Source of the DNA: the human T2T-CHM13v2.0 reference genome, Homo sapiens
Reading direction: 5' to 3' (one strand)
Length of the DNA stretch: 64,000 nucleotides
Assembly: GCF_009914755.1 (NCBI RefSeq)
Contig: NC_060941.1
Part shown: one piece after another, positions 1-13,053 of the stretch
Layout of the letters: the number at the start of each line of letters is the position of its first letter
Numbering within the stretch: position 1 is the first letter of the stretch
The notes under the pieces: model-generated
Seen by the model: only the letters and a program-made list of their open reading frames with translations
The model's database searches: none
Told to the model about the DNA's origin: nothing
Translations under genes and position numbers: made by a program

Positions 1-853
1 CCCAAGGCATTTCGTTCCCATCTGGGGCAGTTATTATGGAGCCCTTTCTTCTTCTGCACTAAAATTGGCCTCGCTGAAATCAGGACCTCCAAGGCATTTC
101 ATTCCCATCTGGGGCAGTTATTACAGAGCCCTTCTTCTGTGCTAAAATTGGCCTCACTGAAATCAGGACCCCCAAGGCATTTCGTTCCCATCTGGGGCAG
201 TTATTATGGAGCCCTTTCTTCTTCTGCACTAAAATTGGCCTCGCTGAAATCAGGACCCCCAAGGCATTTCATTCCTGTTTGGGGCAGTTATTATGGAGCC
301 CGTTCTTCTTCTGCACTAAAATTGGCCTCACTGGAATCAGGACCCCCAAGGCATTTCGTTCCCATCTGGGGCAGTTATTATGGAGCCCTTTCTTCTTCTG
401 CACTAAAATTGGCCTGGCTGAAATCAGGACCCCCAAGGCATTTCATTCCTGTTTGGGGCAGTTATTATGGAGCCCGTTCTTCTTCTGCACTAAAATTGGC
501 CTGGCTGAAATCAGGACCCCCAAGGCATTTCATTCCTGTTTGGGGCAGTTATTATGGAGCCCTTTCTTCTTCTGCACTAAAATTGGCCTCGCTGAAATCA
601 GGACCCCCAAGGCATTTCATTCCCATCTGGGGCAGTTATTACAGAGCCCTTCTTCTGCGCTAAAATTGGCCTCACTGGAATCAGGACCCCCAAGGCATTT
701 CGTTCCCATCTGGGGCAGTTATTATGGAGCCCTTTCTTCTTCTGCACTAAAATTGGCCTCGCTGAAATCAGGACCTCCAAGGCATTTCATTCCTGTTTGG
801 GGCAGTTATTATGGAGCCCTTTCTTCTTCTGTACTAAAATTGGCCTCCCTGAA
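1..853. repeat. Minisatellite with an 87-bp unit (83-bp variants), about 10 copies visible, truncated by the window edge
   Basis: aaggcattt recurs at 4, 91, 174, 261 and 348, and overlapping ORFs show a 29-aa period. Confidence 0.95.
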
Positions 854-1486
854 ATTTCTTTCAAGGGTCCCAGTTCCGACCTGTGGAGTGACCGAATGAA
901 GCTGGCCCTTTTCCCAGAAGTCCTTTGTGTGTTTGAAGGACAGGAAAATGTCTTTCCTTTCCTCTCCCAGGCCTTCTCTATACCAGTCTCAATGCCCCCG
1001 TTAACCCTCTTTCATACAGCAGTTTCCCAGAGGGTGAGCTCAGGGATCTCCAAGTCAGAAGGCGCTTTGGAGGCCACCCGTTCTGTCTCACTTGCTAACG
1101 AGAAGGAAATGCAGGCCCAGAGGTCACAGCAGGTCCTGGGGACCCCATGGTGGTTTCATGGCAGGACTGACCTAGTGCAGGGAGGTCTGCACCTGATTTT
1201 CTCAGCTCTCATGATTGAAGAGGCAAACTCTCAGTTGGGGAACGCTCACAGGTGGGCATGGGAGGAGTCCCAGGTATGCAGGCCAAGGGCATGGGTGGCC
1301 TGGCTGGCCCTGGCTCCTGTCCTTTGCCTGCCCTCCTCACCCTGCTGTGTGTACAGAAGAGCCTCAAGGAGCCTGTTGTCCCATCCCTAGGCCTGCTTCT
1401 CCTTCCAGATGTAGAAGAACTCCTTGGACACCCACTGGGAAGCAGCAAAACCACTCTGTCCCTGGGGCTTTGGAAATAAACAGCAC

Positions 1487-1794
1487 TTTTTTTTTTTTTT
1501 TTTTTTTTTTTTTTGAGATGGAGTCTTGATCTGTCGCCAGGCTGGAGTTCAGTGATGCAATCTGGGCTCACATCAACCTCCACCCCCTGGATTCAGGCAA
1601 TTCTCCTGTCTCAGCCTCCCAAGTAGCTGGGATTACAGGCACCCGCCACCACACCCAGCTAATTTTCATATTTTTAGTAGAGGTGGGGTTTCACCATGTT
1701 GGGCAAGATGGTCTCAATCTCCTGACCTCATGATCTGCCCACCCCGGCCTCCTAAAGTGCTGGGATTACAGACATAAGCCACTGTGCCCGGCCT
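1487..1794 (-). mobile_element. AluS-type SINE
   Basis: Poly-T followed by a full reverse-complement Alu dimer ending cccggcc. Confidence 0.92.
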
Positions 1795-1805
1795 AATAGT
1801 TTCAT

Positions 1806-1898
1806 TTCTTTTCTTTTTCTTCCTTTTTTTTTTTTTTTTTTTTTTTTGAGATGGAGTTTCGCTCCTGTTGCCCAGGCTGGAGTGCACCGTGCCCGGCC
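1806..1898 (-). mobile_element. Internally deleted Alu (tail plus both termini only)
   Basis: Poly-T, then gagatggagtttcgctcctgttgcccaggctggagtgca fused directly to ccgtgcccggcc. Confidence 0.85.
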
Positions 1899-1927
1899 AA
1901 TAAGCAGCATTTCACTCCCCACCTTAC

Positions 1928-2041
1928 CTGACTCCTTCCAGGGTTTGTCGCCTTTCCGGTCCCTGACCCCAGTGGATGGGAGTCTGTCCTCTAGGCTGGA
2001 GGAGCTAAGATCCGAGTCACTGTCACTGTCACTGGAAACCA
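1928..2041 (-). CDS. RPH3AL: RPH3AL coding exon, 114 nt (phase 1 to 1), Ser/Asp-rich segment
   Basis: Acceptor ctgtctcttccAG|TG and donor TCAG|GTaagg. With the G from the upstream exon it reads VVSSDSDSDSDLSSSSLEDRLPSTGVRDRKGDKPWKES(G), which is also visible in ORF 1752..2099. Confidence 0.96.
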
Positions 2042-2394
2042 CTGGAAGAGACAGACCACAGCACAGGAGGTCACCCGACCAGCCCCTACCTGCAGGCATG
2101 GACGGAGGGACGAGGGCAGGCCTCCCCAGCTCATTACCACGTGGCGTAGCAGCTCAGCTGGCCCTTTCGCTTTGGGCAGAAGAAATAATGGCCTGGGGAT
2201 GGGAGGACACACATTTCTGCTGCACAAAGAGGGGAGTCCTGATGTGAGGAGGCTGGGATCTGGGCTCAGGCTGACCAGCAGAGAAGAGTTCACCTGTTGG
2301 CCAGCCACCTCCACATGACAACCCCTGTTCTAGTTCCTCTAGTGGAACCAGAACCCACTGGCCGTGTTGGAGGCTGATTATCACCGTGATGCAG

Positions 2395-4148
2395 GCACAA
2401 CAGATCTGAGGCCTCCACTCACTGAGACAATAGACCCAAGAATAACAGCTCTGAGGCCTCCACTCACTGAGACAATAGACCCAAGCACAACAGCTCTGAG
2501 GCCTCCACTCACTGAGACAATAGACCCAAAAACAACAGCTCTGAGGCCTCCACTCACTGAGACAATAGACCCAAGAACAACAGCTCTGAGGGCTCCACTC
2601 ACTGAGACAATAGGCCCAAGCACAACAGCTATGAGGCCTCCACTCACTGAGACAATAGACCCAAGCACATCAGCTCTGAGTCCTCCACTCACTGAGACAA
2701 TAGACCCAAGCACAACAGCTCGGAGGCCTCCACTCGGTGAGACAATAGACCCAAGCACAACAGCTCTGAGGCCTCCACTCACTGAGACAATAGACCCAAG
2801 CACATCAGCTCTGAGTCCTCCACTCACTGAGACAATAGACCCAAGCACAACAGCTCGGAGGCCTCCACTCGGTGAGACAATAGACCCAAGAACAACAGCT
2901 CTGAGGCCTCCACTCACTGAGACAATAGACCCAAGCACAACAGCTCTGAGGCCTCCACTCACTGAGAAAATAGACCCAAAAACAACAGCTCTGAGGCCTC
3001 CACTCACTGAGACAATAGACCCAAGAACAACAGCTCTGAGGGCTCCACTCACTGAGACAATAGGCCCAAGCACAACAGCTCTGAGGCCTCCACTCACTGA
3101 GACAATAGACCCAAGCACATCAGCTCTGAGTCCTCCACTCACTGAGACAATAGACCCAAGCACAACAGCTCGGAGGCCTCCACTCGGTGAGACAATAGAC
3201 CCAAGCACAACAGCTCTGAGGCCTCCACTCACTGAGACAATAGACCCAAGCACATCAGCTCTGAGGCCTCCACTCACTGAGACAATAGACCCAAGCACAA
3301 CAGCTCTGAGGCCTCCACTCACTGAGACAATAGACCCAAGCACATCAGCTCTGAGGCCTCCACTCGGTGAGACAATAGACCCAAGCACAACAGCTCTGAG
3401 GGCTCCACTCACTGAGACAACAGACCCAAGAACAACAGCTCTGAGGCCTCCACTCACTGAGACAATAGACCCAAGCACATCAGCTCTGAGGCCTCCACTC
3501 ACTGAGACAATAGACCCAAGCACATCAGCTCTGAGGCCTCCACTCACTGAGACAATAGACCCAAGCACAACAGCTCTGAGGCCTCCACTCACTGAGACAA
3601 TAGACCCAAGCACATCAGCTCTGAGGCCTCCACTCGGTGAGACAATAGACCCAAGCACAACAGCTCTGAGGGCTCCACTCACTGAGACAATAGACCCAAG
3701 TGCATCAGATCTGAGGGCTCCACTCACTGAGACAATAGACCCAAGCACATCAGCTCTGAGGCCTCCACTCACTGAGACAATAGACCCAAGAACAACAGCT
3801 CTGAGGCCTCCACTCACTGAGACAATAGACCCAAGCACATCAGCTCTGAGGCCTCCACTCGGTGAGACAATAGACCCAAGCACAACAGCTCTGAGGGCTC
3901 CACTCACTGAGACAACAGACCCAAGAACAACAGCTCTGAGGCCTCCACTCACTGAGACAATAGACCCAAGCACATCAGCTCTGAGGCCTCCACTCACTGA
4001 GACAGTAGACCCAAGCGCATCAGCTCTGAGGCCTCCACTCACTGAGACAATAGACCCAAGCACAACAGCTCTGAGGCCTCCACTCACTGAGACAATAGGC
4101 CCAAGAACAACAGCTCTGAGGCCTCCACTCGCTGAGACAAGGCCCAAG
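2395..4148. repeat. Minisatellite with a 45-bp unit, about 39 copies
   Basis: Unit ctgaggcctccactcactgagacaatagacccaagcacaacagct. ORFs on both strands have a 15-aa period. Confidence 0.97.
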
Positions 4149-4737
4149 GCAATGCTCTGCAGGGATGTGGGGACAGTCAGAGCTGACCCTTAGGGAGCAT
4201 TCCAGGCAGTTTCCATGGACACATTCATTGAAGTTTCAGAACAATTCTGTGAGGTAGGAAACAGCATTACCCCCATTTCACAGGCAAGAAAACGGGGGCA
4301 CGTGCCCAAGTTGTAAGTAGAAGAGCTGGATTCTCATCCTGGCAGGCTGGCTCCGTGGCTCCTGCTCACAACCCTCTGATTTTACTGCAAGAATTGAACT
4401 GGAAGCCAGCAGGCCTGGGCTCTCATCCCAGTTCATCCAGTAACGCACAGTGCAGTCTCACAAATGCGGAAGGGAACCAGACGGATGGGGCTGGAATCCC
4501 AGCAAGGGGAGGTGAGGATGTTGTCACAGTGAACATGCACTGTGGGAGAAACTCTCTTTTCTGGACTAAATGGAAACCGTATTTGGCTGGGTAATCAACA
4601 GTGAGAGTCATAATACAGGATATAGCTACCCTTTAAACATTCTATTTTAATTTTTAACACAGAAATGTACATCCATTCACCAATCTTTTGATGCCAGGCT
4701 TGGGTGCTTCTGCAAGATTGGCCCACACAGCCTCTCA

Positions 4738-5301
<564 letters not shown>

Positions 5302-5895
5302 TCAATTCGCATAACATTTAATTAAGTGATATCATTGCAATACCAAGTACAACAGCACAGGAAGGTCTGGATCAAGGGTAACAGCTCTCATAGGCGAGAA
5401 ACTCAGCAGATGGGACAGGAGTCATGGGCGCCTGTCAGCGTTTTCCTTGGGGAATGCAAAACACTGGTGGTTACAGAGGAAGGTTAGGGCGGGTTGAGCT
5501 CTTATGCTAGGCACTTTGCTGGGCCCTTAGTGAGCATCGTCTTCCAAACAACCCTGAGCCGCTGGTGAGAGGTAAGACTGGAAACAAAATCCGTCTATAC
5601 TGCGGTGGCTAGCACGTTTCATCTGATCCAGTGAGCCCTTTCTGGAGCAGTGTGTAGGGAAGAATTTAGAGACCGCACTGAAGCTTAGTGGGAGGAAGTG
5701 CCTGGTCAGTTATGAAAATCCACCATGGGCACTGGGATGAGGAAACGGTAGCTGCCATGTAGATCCAGAGGCTTCTGGAAAAGCCTTCATGGCTCCAGCC
5801 TCTGTCACCTTTCAGCTAAGGGAGCCACAGGTCTTGGAACAAGCAACCAGAGGCTGGAGCTGGCTGCCATGAAGACCTGGAAGACTCTCAACCCT

Positions 5896-6033
5896 GTGCA
5901 CCCGCAGCAGAGCGGCCAGCACACAGTGGGCGTGCCCCCAACAGAGCGGCCAGCACACAGTAGGTTCACCCCCAGCAGAGAGGCCAGCACACAAGGGTGC
6001 ACCCCCAGCAGAGCGGCCAGCACACAGTAGGTG
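5896..6033. repeat. Short tandem repeat, about 34 bp x 4
   Basis: ag(c/a)ggccagcacaca recurs at 5911, 5945, 5979 and 6012. Confidence 0.85.
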
Positions 6034-6716
6034 CTTCATGAAGGTCAGGGGACTCGTGGTCTTGCCTCTTTTCCCCTCATGTCCTGCCAGTTTCACTCAA
6101 ATGGTTCTTAAATCAGTCACTTCCTCACCATTGTCACTGCCTTAACTCGAGGTGTCAGCTCCTCCAACCTGGACTCCTGTGACAATGCCCCACCAGGGCC
6201 CCACCTGCAGGCACTCCACTCTGTGTTCTCTGCACAGCCAGGGGATGCTCCAGCAAAAGCACAGATCCCAGCTTCACCCTCTTTAAAGGTTCCCCATGCC
6301 CCCAGGACCACACTGGGCTCCTGCCCTTTGTCTACTTTTCCTCCTGCATCCCACGCCACCTGCTGTCTCACCCTGGGTGCCTCCAGCCTCCTGCGGCTTG
6401 TGGCTCCTGCCAGCACCTCCCGCTGGGACTGGCTTGCCCCTGCCCAGAATGCCCTGCCCACCCGTCTTCTCTTGGCACAGAAAACTGTCTTCTCCAGGAA
6501 GCCCTCCGTCTCACCTGTGCCCTGGCTGGCTGAATGCCCTGTGCTCTCTGCTACAACTGCACCAACCACTGTCTGCTCTGTTTGCATGTCTGCTTCCCCT
6601 AGCAGGTTGTGAGGCTCCTTGAGGGCAGGGACCAAATTGCACATGCAAATGAGGCTGGTGTGGCTCTCCTCTCTGTGGACCTGACCTGTACACTGGAGCA
6701 AGAGTGATGAGCATGG

Positions 6717-7164
6717 ACTATTCTCAATAGCAAAGACTTGGAACCAACCCAAATGTCCATCAGTGATAGACTGGATTAAGAAAATGTGGCACATATACAC
6801 CATGGAGTACTATGCAGCCATAAAAAAGGATGAGTTCATGTCCTTTGTAGGGACATGGATGAAGCTGGAAACCATCATTCTCAGCAAACTATCGCAAAGA
6901 CAAAAAACCAAACAGTGCATGTTCTCACTCATAGGTGGGAATTGAACAATGAGAACACTTGGACACAGGGTGGGGAACATCACACACCGGGGCCTGTCAT
7001 GGGGTTGGGGGAGGGGGGAGGGATAGTGTTAGGAGATATACCTAATGTAAATGACGAGTTAATGGGTGCAGCACACCAACACGGCACATGTATACAGATG
7101 TAACAAACCTGCACGTTATGCACATGTACCCTAGAACTTAAAATATAATGGAAAAAAAAAAAAA
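6717..7164 (+). mobile_element. 5'-truncated L1PA (ORF2 end, 3'UTR, poly-A) with a 17-bp target-site duplication
   Basis: Encodes the ORF2 C-terminus WIKKMWHIYTMEYYAAIKK. TSD aagagtgatgagcatgg lies at 6700-6716 and 7165-7181. Confidence 0.96.
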
Positions 7165-10100
7165 AAGAGTGATGAGCATGGGATCAGGCCTGGCCTCTCC
7201 TTCCTCCATCTGCTCAGAGGCTCTGCCTTTTTCTGTCCTGCTCCCCAGGAAGAGTTCTACTCCGGCTCCTTGGACTTTTATGATGCCGCAGCAAGAGGAG
7301 ATGGGGATGGGGCATGGCTGTGGTCCGTGTGCCCTCTTCGTAGTACTTGAGAAATGCAAGGAAAACCTGCCTTATTTTGCAGTTGTTTTTCGGGTCCTGG
7401 ACTGAGCTGCTTTGATCATGAATCCACCAAGACTGGACCTCATGGGTGTCAGTTTTATAAGCATTTCTGTAGTTTTGACTCACTGATGAGATGCCAACCT
7501 CATGGGTCCCATGAAAAAGGGATAGGAGGAGGTGGGAAGGAGCCAGGGATTCCTGCTGGGCTCCTGGAGCAAGTTGTTCCCATGTTGCCCTTGGGGCAGC
7601 TACAGTGAAATTAGAGGCCTGTGGCTCACACTTCCCGGGAGCAGGGAGGTGTCCAGCAGGAGGACAGTCCTGCGGAGGGTGGGGTGGCTCGTCTGCACAC
7701 CGGTTTCCGCCTCTCTCTGGCAGAGATGCTTATGGGAGGTCTAGTCATGCTTCCTGACTTGGAATGTCCCATCTCCCCCACAGCTAATATGGAAAATCTA
7801 CACAGTCTGGGGCTGGCGGTGGGCACGGGGCTCCGTGGTGTCACACAGTACCAGGCTCCTTTGGTGCAAAGGGGCAGATGTCAAAGGACTCAGAAGGAGA
7901 CGATGGGATGGGATGTCCCAGGACTGGGGTTAGGGAGGTGAGCTCACCCTCCATCTCCCCACTCTTCCTTGTTCTGTCATCTATCACACATGGTCACAGA
8001 GTTGGGCTGGGAGCAGGCGAAAACGGCAAGACAACCGTGAACCATGCCGTGCCATGTCGTGAGGACGGCGTTTGTTATGAGTCGTGCATTTTATCCAAAA
8101 CAGCAACCCTGGAGGTGGAGTTAGGGTCAGGGTGCCACCTGGCCTAGTCCCCATTTGGTGCCCGTGTGCACAAGGATTCACAAAAAACAGGTAGAAATCC
8201 TCCCTGAGTTACAGTCACCTTGTTCTTCATCTCCATTTATAGACCCCAAAGGGCCACAGCCGTGAAGAAGTGGGGAAGAGCCTCAGATGCCAACTGAGCT
8301 CACACAGGTGACACAGCAGGCGCCAGGAAGCCGATGAGACAGACTCATCTCATTAGATGCATCCTCCCTGGCTTGTTCTTCATCTCCGTTTATAGACCCC
8401 AAAGGGCCACAGCCGTGAAGAAGCAGGGAAGAGCCTCTCCGTGACTGGACCCTCTCTGCTCACTGTGTTGGGATTTCAAGCTGGGGCTTAGAGGTCTTTG
8501 TGGTACAGACCCAAATCCCATTTCTAATCCACTCTAATAAACACCACTCGAAAGAAATAAACCAAAGGAAGTCAGCAGTGCCCGCACCAGCCTTGGCATT
8601 TACTGGCAGGGCGGAAGGGCCACACCGAGCAAACCCTGCTGAGAAGCCCTGGGCCCAACACAAACACGGTGTCCCCAAATGTTCCTGGCTTCCTCGGGCT
8701 GCAAAGGAAGAAGCCTTTTCTTCTTCCTCCCTCCATTGAAATGTCACCGTAAAACTCAAACTTCGGCTAATTTGCCATTCGATTGCTGTTGCCACCTTTC
8801 TCCCTGCATAGCAGCTGTGATTGTCAGTCTTCCAGGTCTATTCACAAAGATTTCAGACTCATACATCTGGCCCTTGCTCTTCCATCCTCAACATAACACT
8901 CTGTGTGTCTGAAGGCTGATACATTTTTTTTCTCTCTAATTCTCCAAAGGCTGAGTCTGGGATGGCTCACCGACGAGCCCTGTATTCTGCCCACGCCTGG
9001 TTTTTCAGATGGAAGATGCGAGTACACCAGGGAGAAGGCTGTCCCAACAGCCTTTCGGAGGAAGAAGTATCATGGAGTCACCCGGGTGCCGCCGAGAGGC
9101 AGGGGTGGGGGAGAAGCTCCCCTCCTGGGCCCCTCCACAGGGGCCTGAGCCACTTGCTGGGGACCTGGCATCCCTGAGGCTTCCCCACTGCAGCCCAGAA
9201 GGGCTGCCTGCTTGCCTGGTGCTCATCCTCAGCAGTGGCCAGCCCCAGCGCCAGCCGTGCCCACTTCTCTGGGGAGAGGCCAGCTTTTCTTTCCCCCTGC
9301 TCACTCTTGGCTGGGTTTGCAATTTGACTGTCACCATGGAAACGCAGGGTTTTGGTACACGGAGCGGGGGGAAGAGTCTTTCCTTCTGGAAACGCTTTCT
9401 TGACTGCTCAAAGGACATGGGTGGCAGCTGTCCTGTGGAGAGGCCTGGCCTGGGATGGTCCAGGGGACAGGCGTCATGCTGGCCGTGTGGCCTCACAGCA
9501 CTGCGCTGGGATGTGGGGGCCCTGCTTCCAGGCTCTGCTCAGCCACCACCTGTCTCCGTGGCCCCAGGCATCTCTCCAGGCTTCACTACAAAAACACAGG
9601 GGCTGACCCAGGCACCCACTCTGGGTCTGAATCCTGGGATTTAACCTTGGGTCAGCCCATGGGTGGAGACAGCCCTGGTGCCTCTCCCTGGTCGGGGTGG
9701 GGAGATGCTCCCACTGGGCCACAGAGCATTGCCGCCCGGCACAAGGACAGCCAGCAGCCTGAGTTTGGGAGGCACTTGTGAGCTACGGCCACTCTGCTTG
9801 GAGGCTCCCAAAGCCCCCAGAAATTATGGGAATTATAGAGGAAGAGAGATATTTTCAGCAAACATTCTGCCAAGGCAAAGCAGATGGTGGAAAATTTTGC
9901 ATACTAAAAACAAAAAAAAAATTCTCTAATGTAAAGGAATGATGATAAGGCCCCTGGGAGTGTAGACACTCCCAATTAGCCGTCTCCAGCCCACCAGGCA
10001 GGCACAGCTGCAGAGACGCAGGACTGTCTGTCCCTGCTGGGACAGGGGACGGCTGCTCCACCTGCACACAGGGTAGGGTCCTTGGCCTGAAGTCCCACTG

Positions 10101-10237
10101 AGATGTCTCCCAAGGCTGGGGCTCCATCTTGGTGGCAGCTGGAGGGGAGCCTGGGGTGGGGGAGTCACCGGCTCTGAGACTTGGGTTGGTGTCCTGCCTC
10201 TGCCACCTCCCAGTGGTATAACTTTAGGCCAGTTTCC

Positions 10238-10370
10238 TATTTTTTATTTTTAGTTTTTGTAAAGACATCATCTCCCTATTTGCCAGGGCTGGTCTGTAAC
10301 TCCTGGGCTCAAACAATCCTCCCGCCTCGGTCTCCCAAAGTGCTGAGATTACAGGCGTGAGTGCCCGGCC
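10238..10370 (-). mobile_element. Alu monomer (FLAM-like)
   Basis: Reverse left-arm sequence ...ctcccaaagtgctgagattacaggcgtgag...cccggcc. Confidence 0.8.
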
Positions 10371-10934
10371 CTGGAGCAGTCCTTTACCTCTCTGTGTGCT
10401 CAGGGGCTCGCCTGCGGAAAGGGGGATGGGGACTCTCACCCCGGGTTGTCGTGAGGGTCAAAAGGAGTAACGCGGTCGGCATCTGGCCTGTGGTAGGTGC
10501 TTGATAGGCAAGAGCTGTTACATTTCAGAGGCAGCTGGAACTCACGGGCCCACACCATGCAGCACAGGCTGGCCCTGGGGTGCCCAGGCCAACCTCGCAG
10601 GTGGACTCTCCCCTTTCGAGGAAGCGTGGATTCCCAAGCTGGGCTTTGTAGGACACCCAGGACACAGGATGCCTTCAGAAGTCATTCAGAGGCAGAGCTG
10701 GGATTTGAACCCAGGCCTTTCTATTGCCAGACACCCCGCTTTTCCACCTCACCAAGCACGCAGGATGCCCCAGGGTCCTGCCTGACCCTAACGGCTCTAT
10801 CCCCTCAGAAATCCTCCTCTCCAGGCGGCCAGTCCCCTCTCGGTCTCCCCACCATGCTCTTCTGTGCCCTCTCTGGACCCTTTTTCTGTCGCAGCAGAGG
10901 CTGCAGTGTGGGAGAGAGCTCTAGTTCACTCTCA

Positions 10935-11045
10935 GCAGCTAGGGTTGAGCTCTGGTCCTGCCTTGGATGCTCTTGGGCAAATACCTTAATCTTTTTCAAC
11001 CTCAGTCTTCCCATCTGTAAAATGGAGACAAAAATAACTACTAAG
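10935..11045 (+). mobile_element. MIR core fragment (similar relics near 4240-4340, 14255-14365, 30795-30860, 33335-33400, 51750-51880)
   Basis: cttgggcaaataccttaatc...cctcagtcttcccatctgtaaaatggaga matches the MIR core. Confidence 0.7.
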
Positions 11046-12729
11046 CAGGACAAACAGCTTTGCAAATTTAAAAGGCTATACAAGCCTATACATATTTTTA
11101 AAAAATTAGAATCTAATCCACCCCCTCCAGGAACCCATTCAAATCATTTCTCCACTGAAAAGTCTCAATCCTCACGGGCAAAATGCCAATGGAAAGAAGC
11201 AGGGAAGACGCAACCTCCCTCCTCTCCCCACCCAGATGCTGTCTGGCTTGCATTTCAGCTCCTACCAATGCCTGCCTCAACTTCCTCAACATATTCAGGC
11301 ACCACTCGAGGGCAAGGCCATACCTAAAGGCAAGTGTCCCTTCCCTCAGCCCCACTGCTGGGTTTTGGGCAAAGCGGTTACTCAGGAAATACTTGCTGAC
11401 TGTTTTCCTGAAAATGCTCCCCAGGACAGGAAACCGCACTGTACAAAGACAGCAGGGCCAGCTGGGGTCAGCAAGGGGTGGGCCACAGAGGGAAAGGAGA
11501 CCCCAGACCCCATCTGTCACCTCCATGTCCCCCAAAGAGCTGGGGTTTCCCCCAGGACAAGCGCTGGGCAAGCAGCCCTTCTGAGCCACGACGGAGGGAC
11601 CTCAGGGATGCCAGGCCCCTCTCCCAGCCTCCCCTGAAGGGACACTCAGGGGGATGCTTGGTGGCCTCAGCCTGGCAAAAAACAGCTGAATGGGGAGGGG
11701 CTGTAGGAGGCTGCTTCCATGGCCATGGATGAGTGGGTCCTGGGGGAGAGTGCCCGGTTCACACAGCCTGCTCTTCCAAACCCACCTCCGGGCCAGGGTG
11801 CAGGGTTGGGGGAAACACGCTCTTCCTTTGGTTTGGAAACTCCCTGCAGGTTGTGGGTCTGGAAAGGGAGAAAGGGGGCTCTGAGGCCCAGAGGGCCTGT
11901 CCGCTTAGGGAGGGGTCCACTGGCAGCCAGAAGCAGCTCAGAGCCTGCCCCTCCCTCCCTCCCTCAGGGACCCTGGAGCCAGGAGATATGGGGTGTGCTT
12001 CTGGCCCTTTGCTGGCTACCACCTGACCACCCCTGACAGCCACAGGACTACCTCAGAGGGCTGGAGAGGACGTGGTACCTGGGGAGCGCTGCTTCCTTGG
12101 TCCCCCTTCCAGGCTGCCATGGAAAGGCCCCCGAGGACAGCCCCAGGCACGGGAGCTGATGGGCACAGACAGGGCTGGGAATCCAGGTCTGGGGAGTGGA
12201 GGAGGGCGTCCTGCACTTGCTTATTCATTTACCATCGATTTTCATTTACTCCCTCCTTCAGGCCCAGAGACAGACAGGAGGCACCAGATAACGAAGACAA
12301 ATCCTCAAATCGATAGAGATGTGGTCACCAGCATCGAAATCTCACAGTCCCTGCACTCGCTTGAGGAGCTCCAGATAGAATGAAAGGTGGATGGACGGAA
12401 GAAGAGATCGGCTCCCTCCAGAGAGAACGCGAAGTGCGGGGGACCATTCAGGGAGAGAGGGGCACTCAGTAAGGGCTTCCTGGACGAGCTGGAATTTAAG
12501 GATGGGCATAATTTAGACACAAAAGCTGAGGCTGGGGTGTGCCAGGCATCCTGGACAGAGAACAGGAAAAGCAAAGGCCAGGCAGTGGACTCCTCTGGGG
12601 CCAGGACCATCCTGCTGGCTCAGGAGAAAGGCCCCAGGCTCAGGCATACAGGGGACATGGCCTGGTCTGGGTTGGGTGTGGTCTGCACTGTCAGGGACAG
12701 ATGATGGCTTTTGGTTTATGAAAGAATGA

Positions 12730-13053
<324 letters not shown>

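Noticed and set aside
80-899. Repetitive 174-206-aa ORFs
   Set aside because: Products of the 87-bp (29-codon) minisatellite. The 83-bp variant units break the frames.
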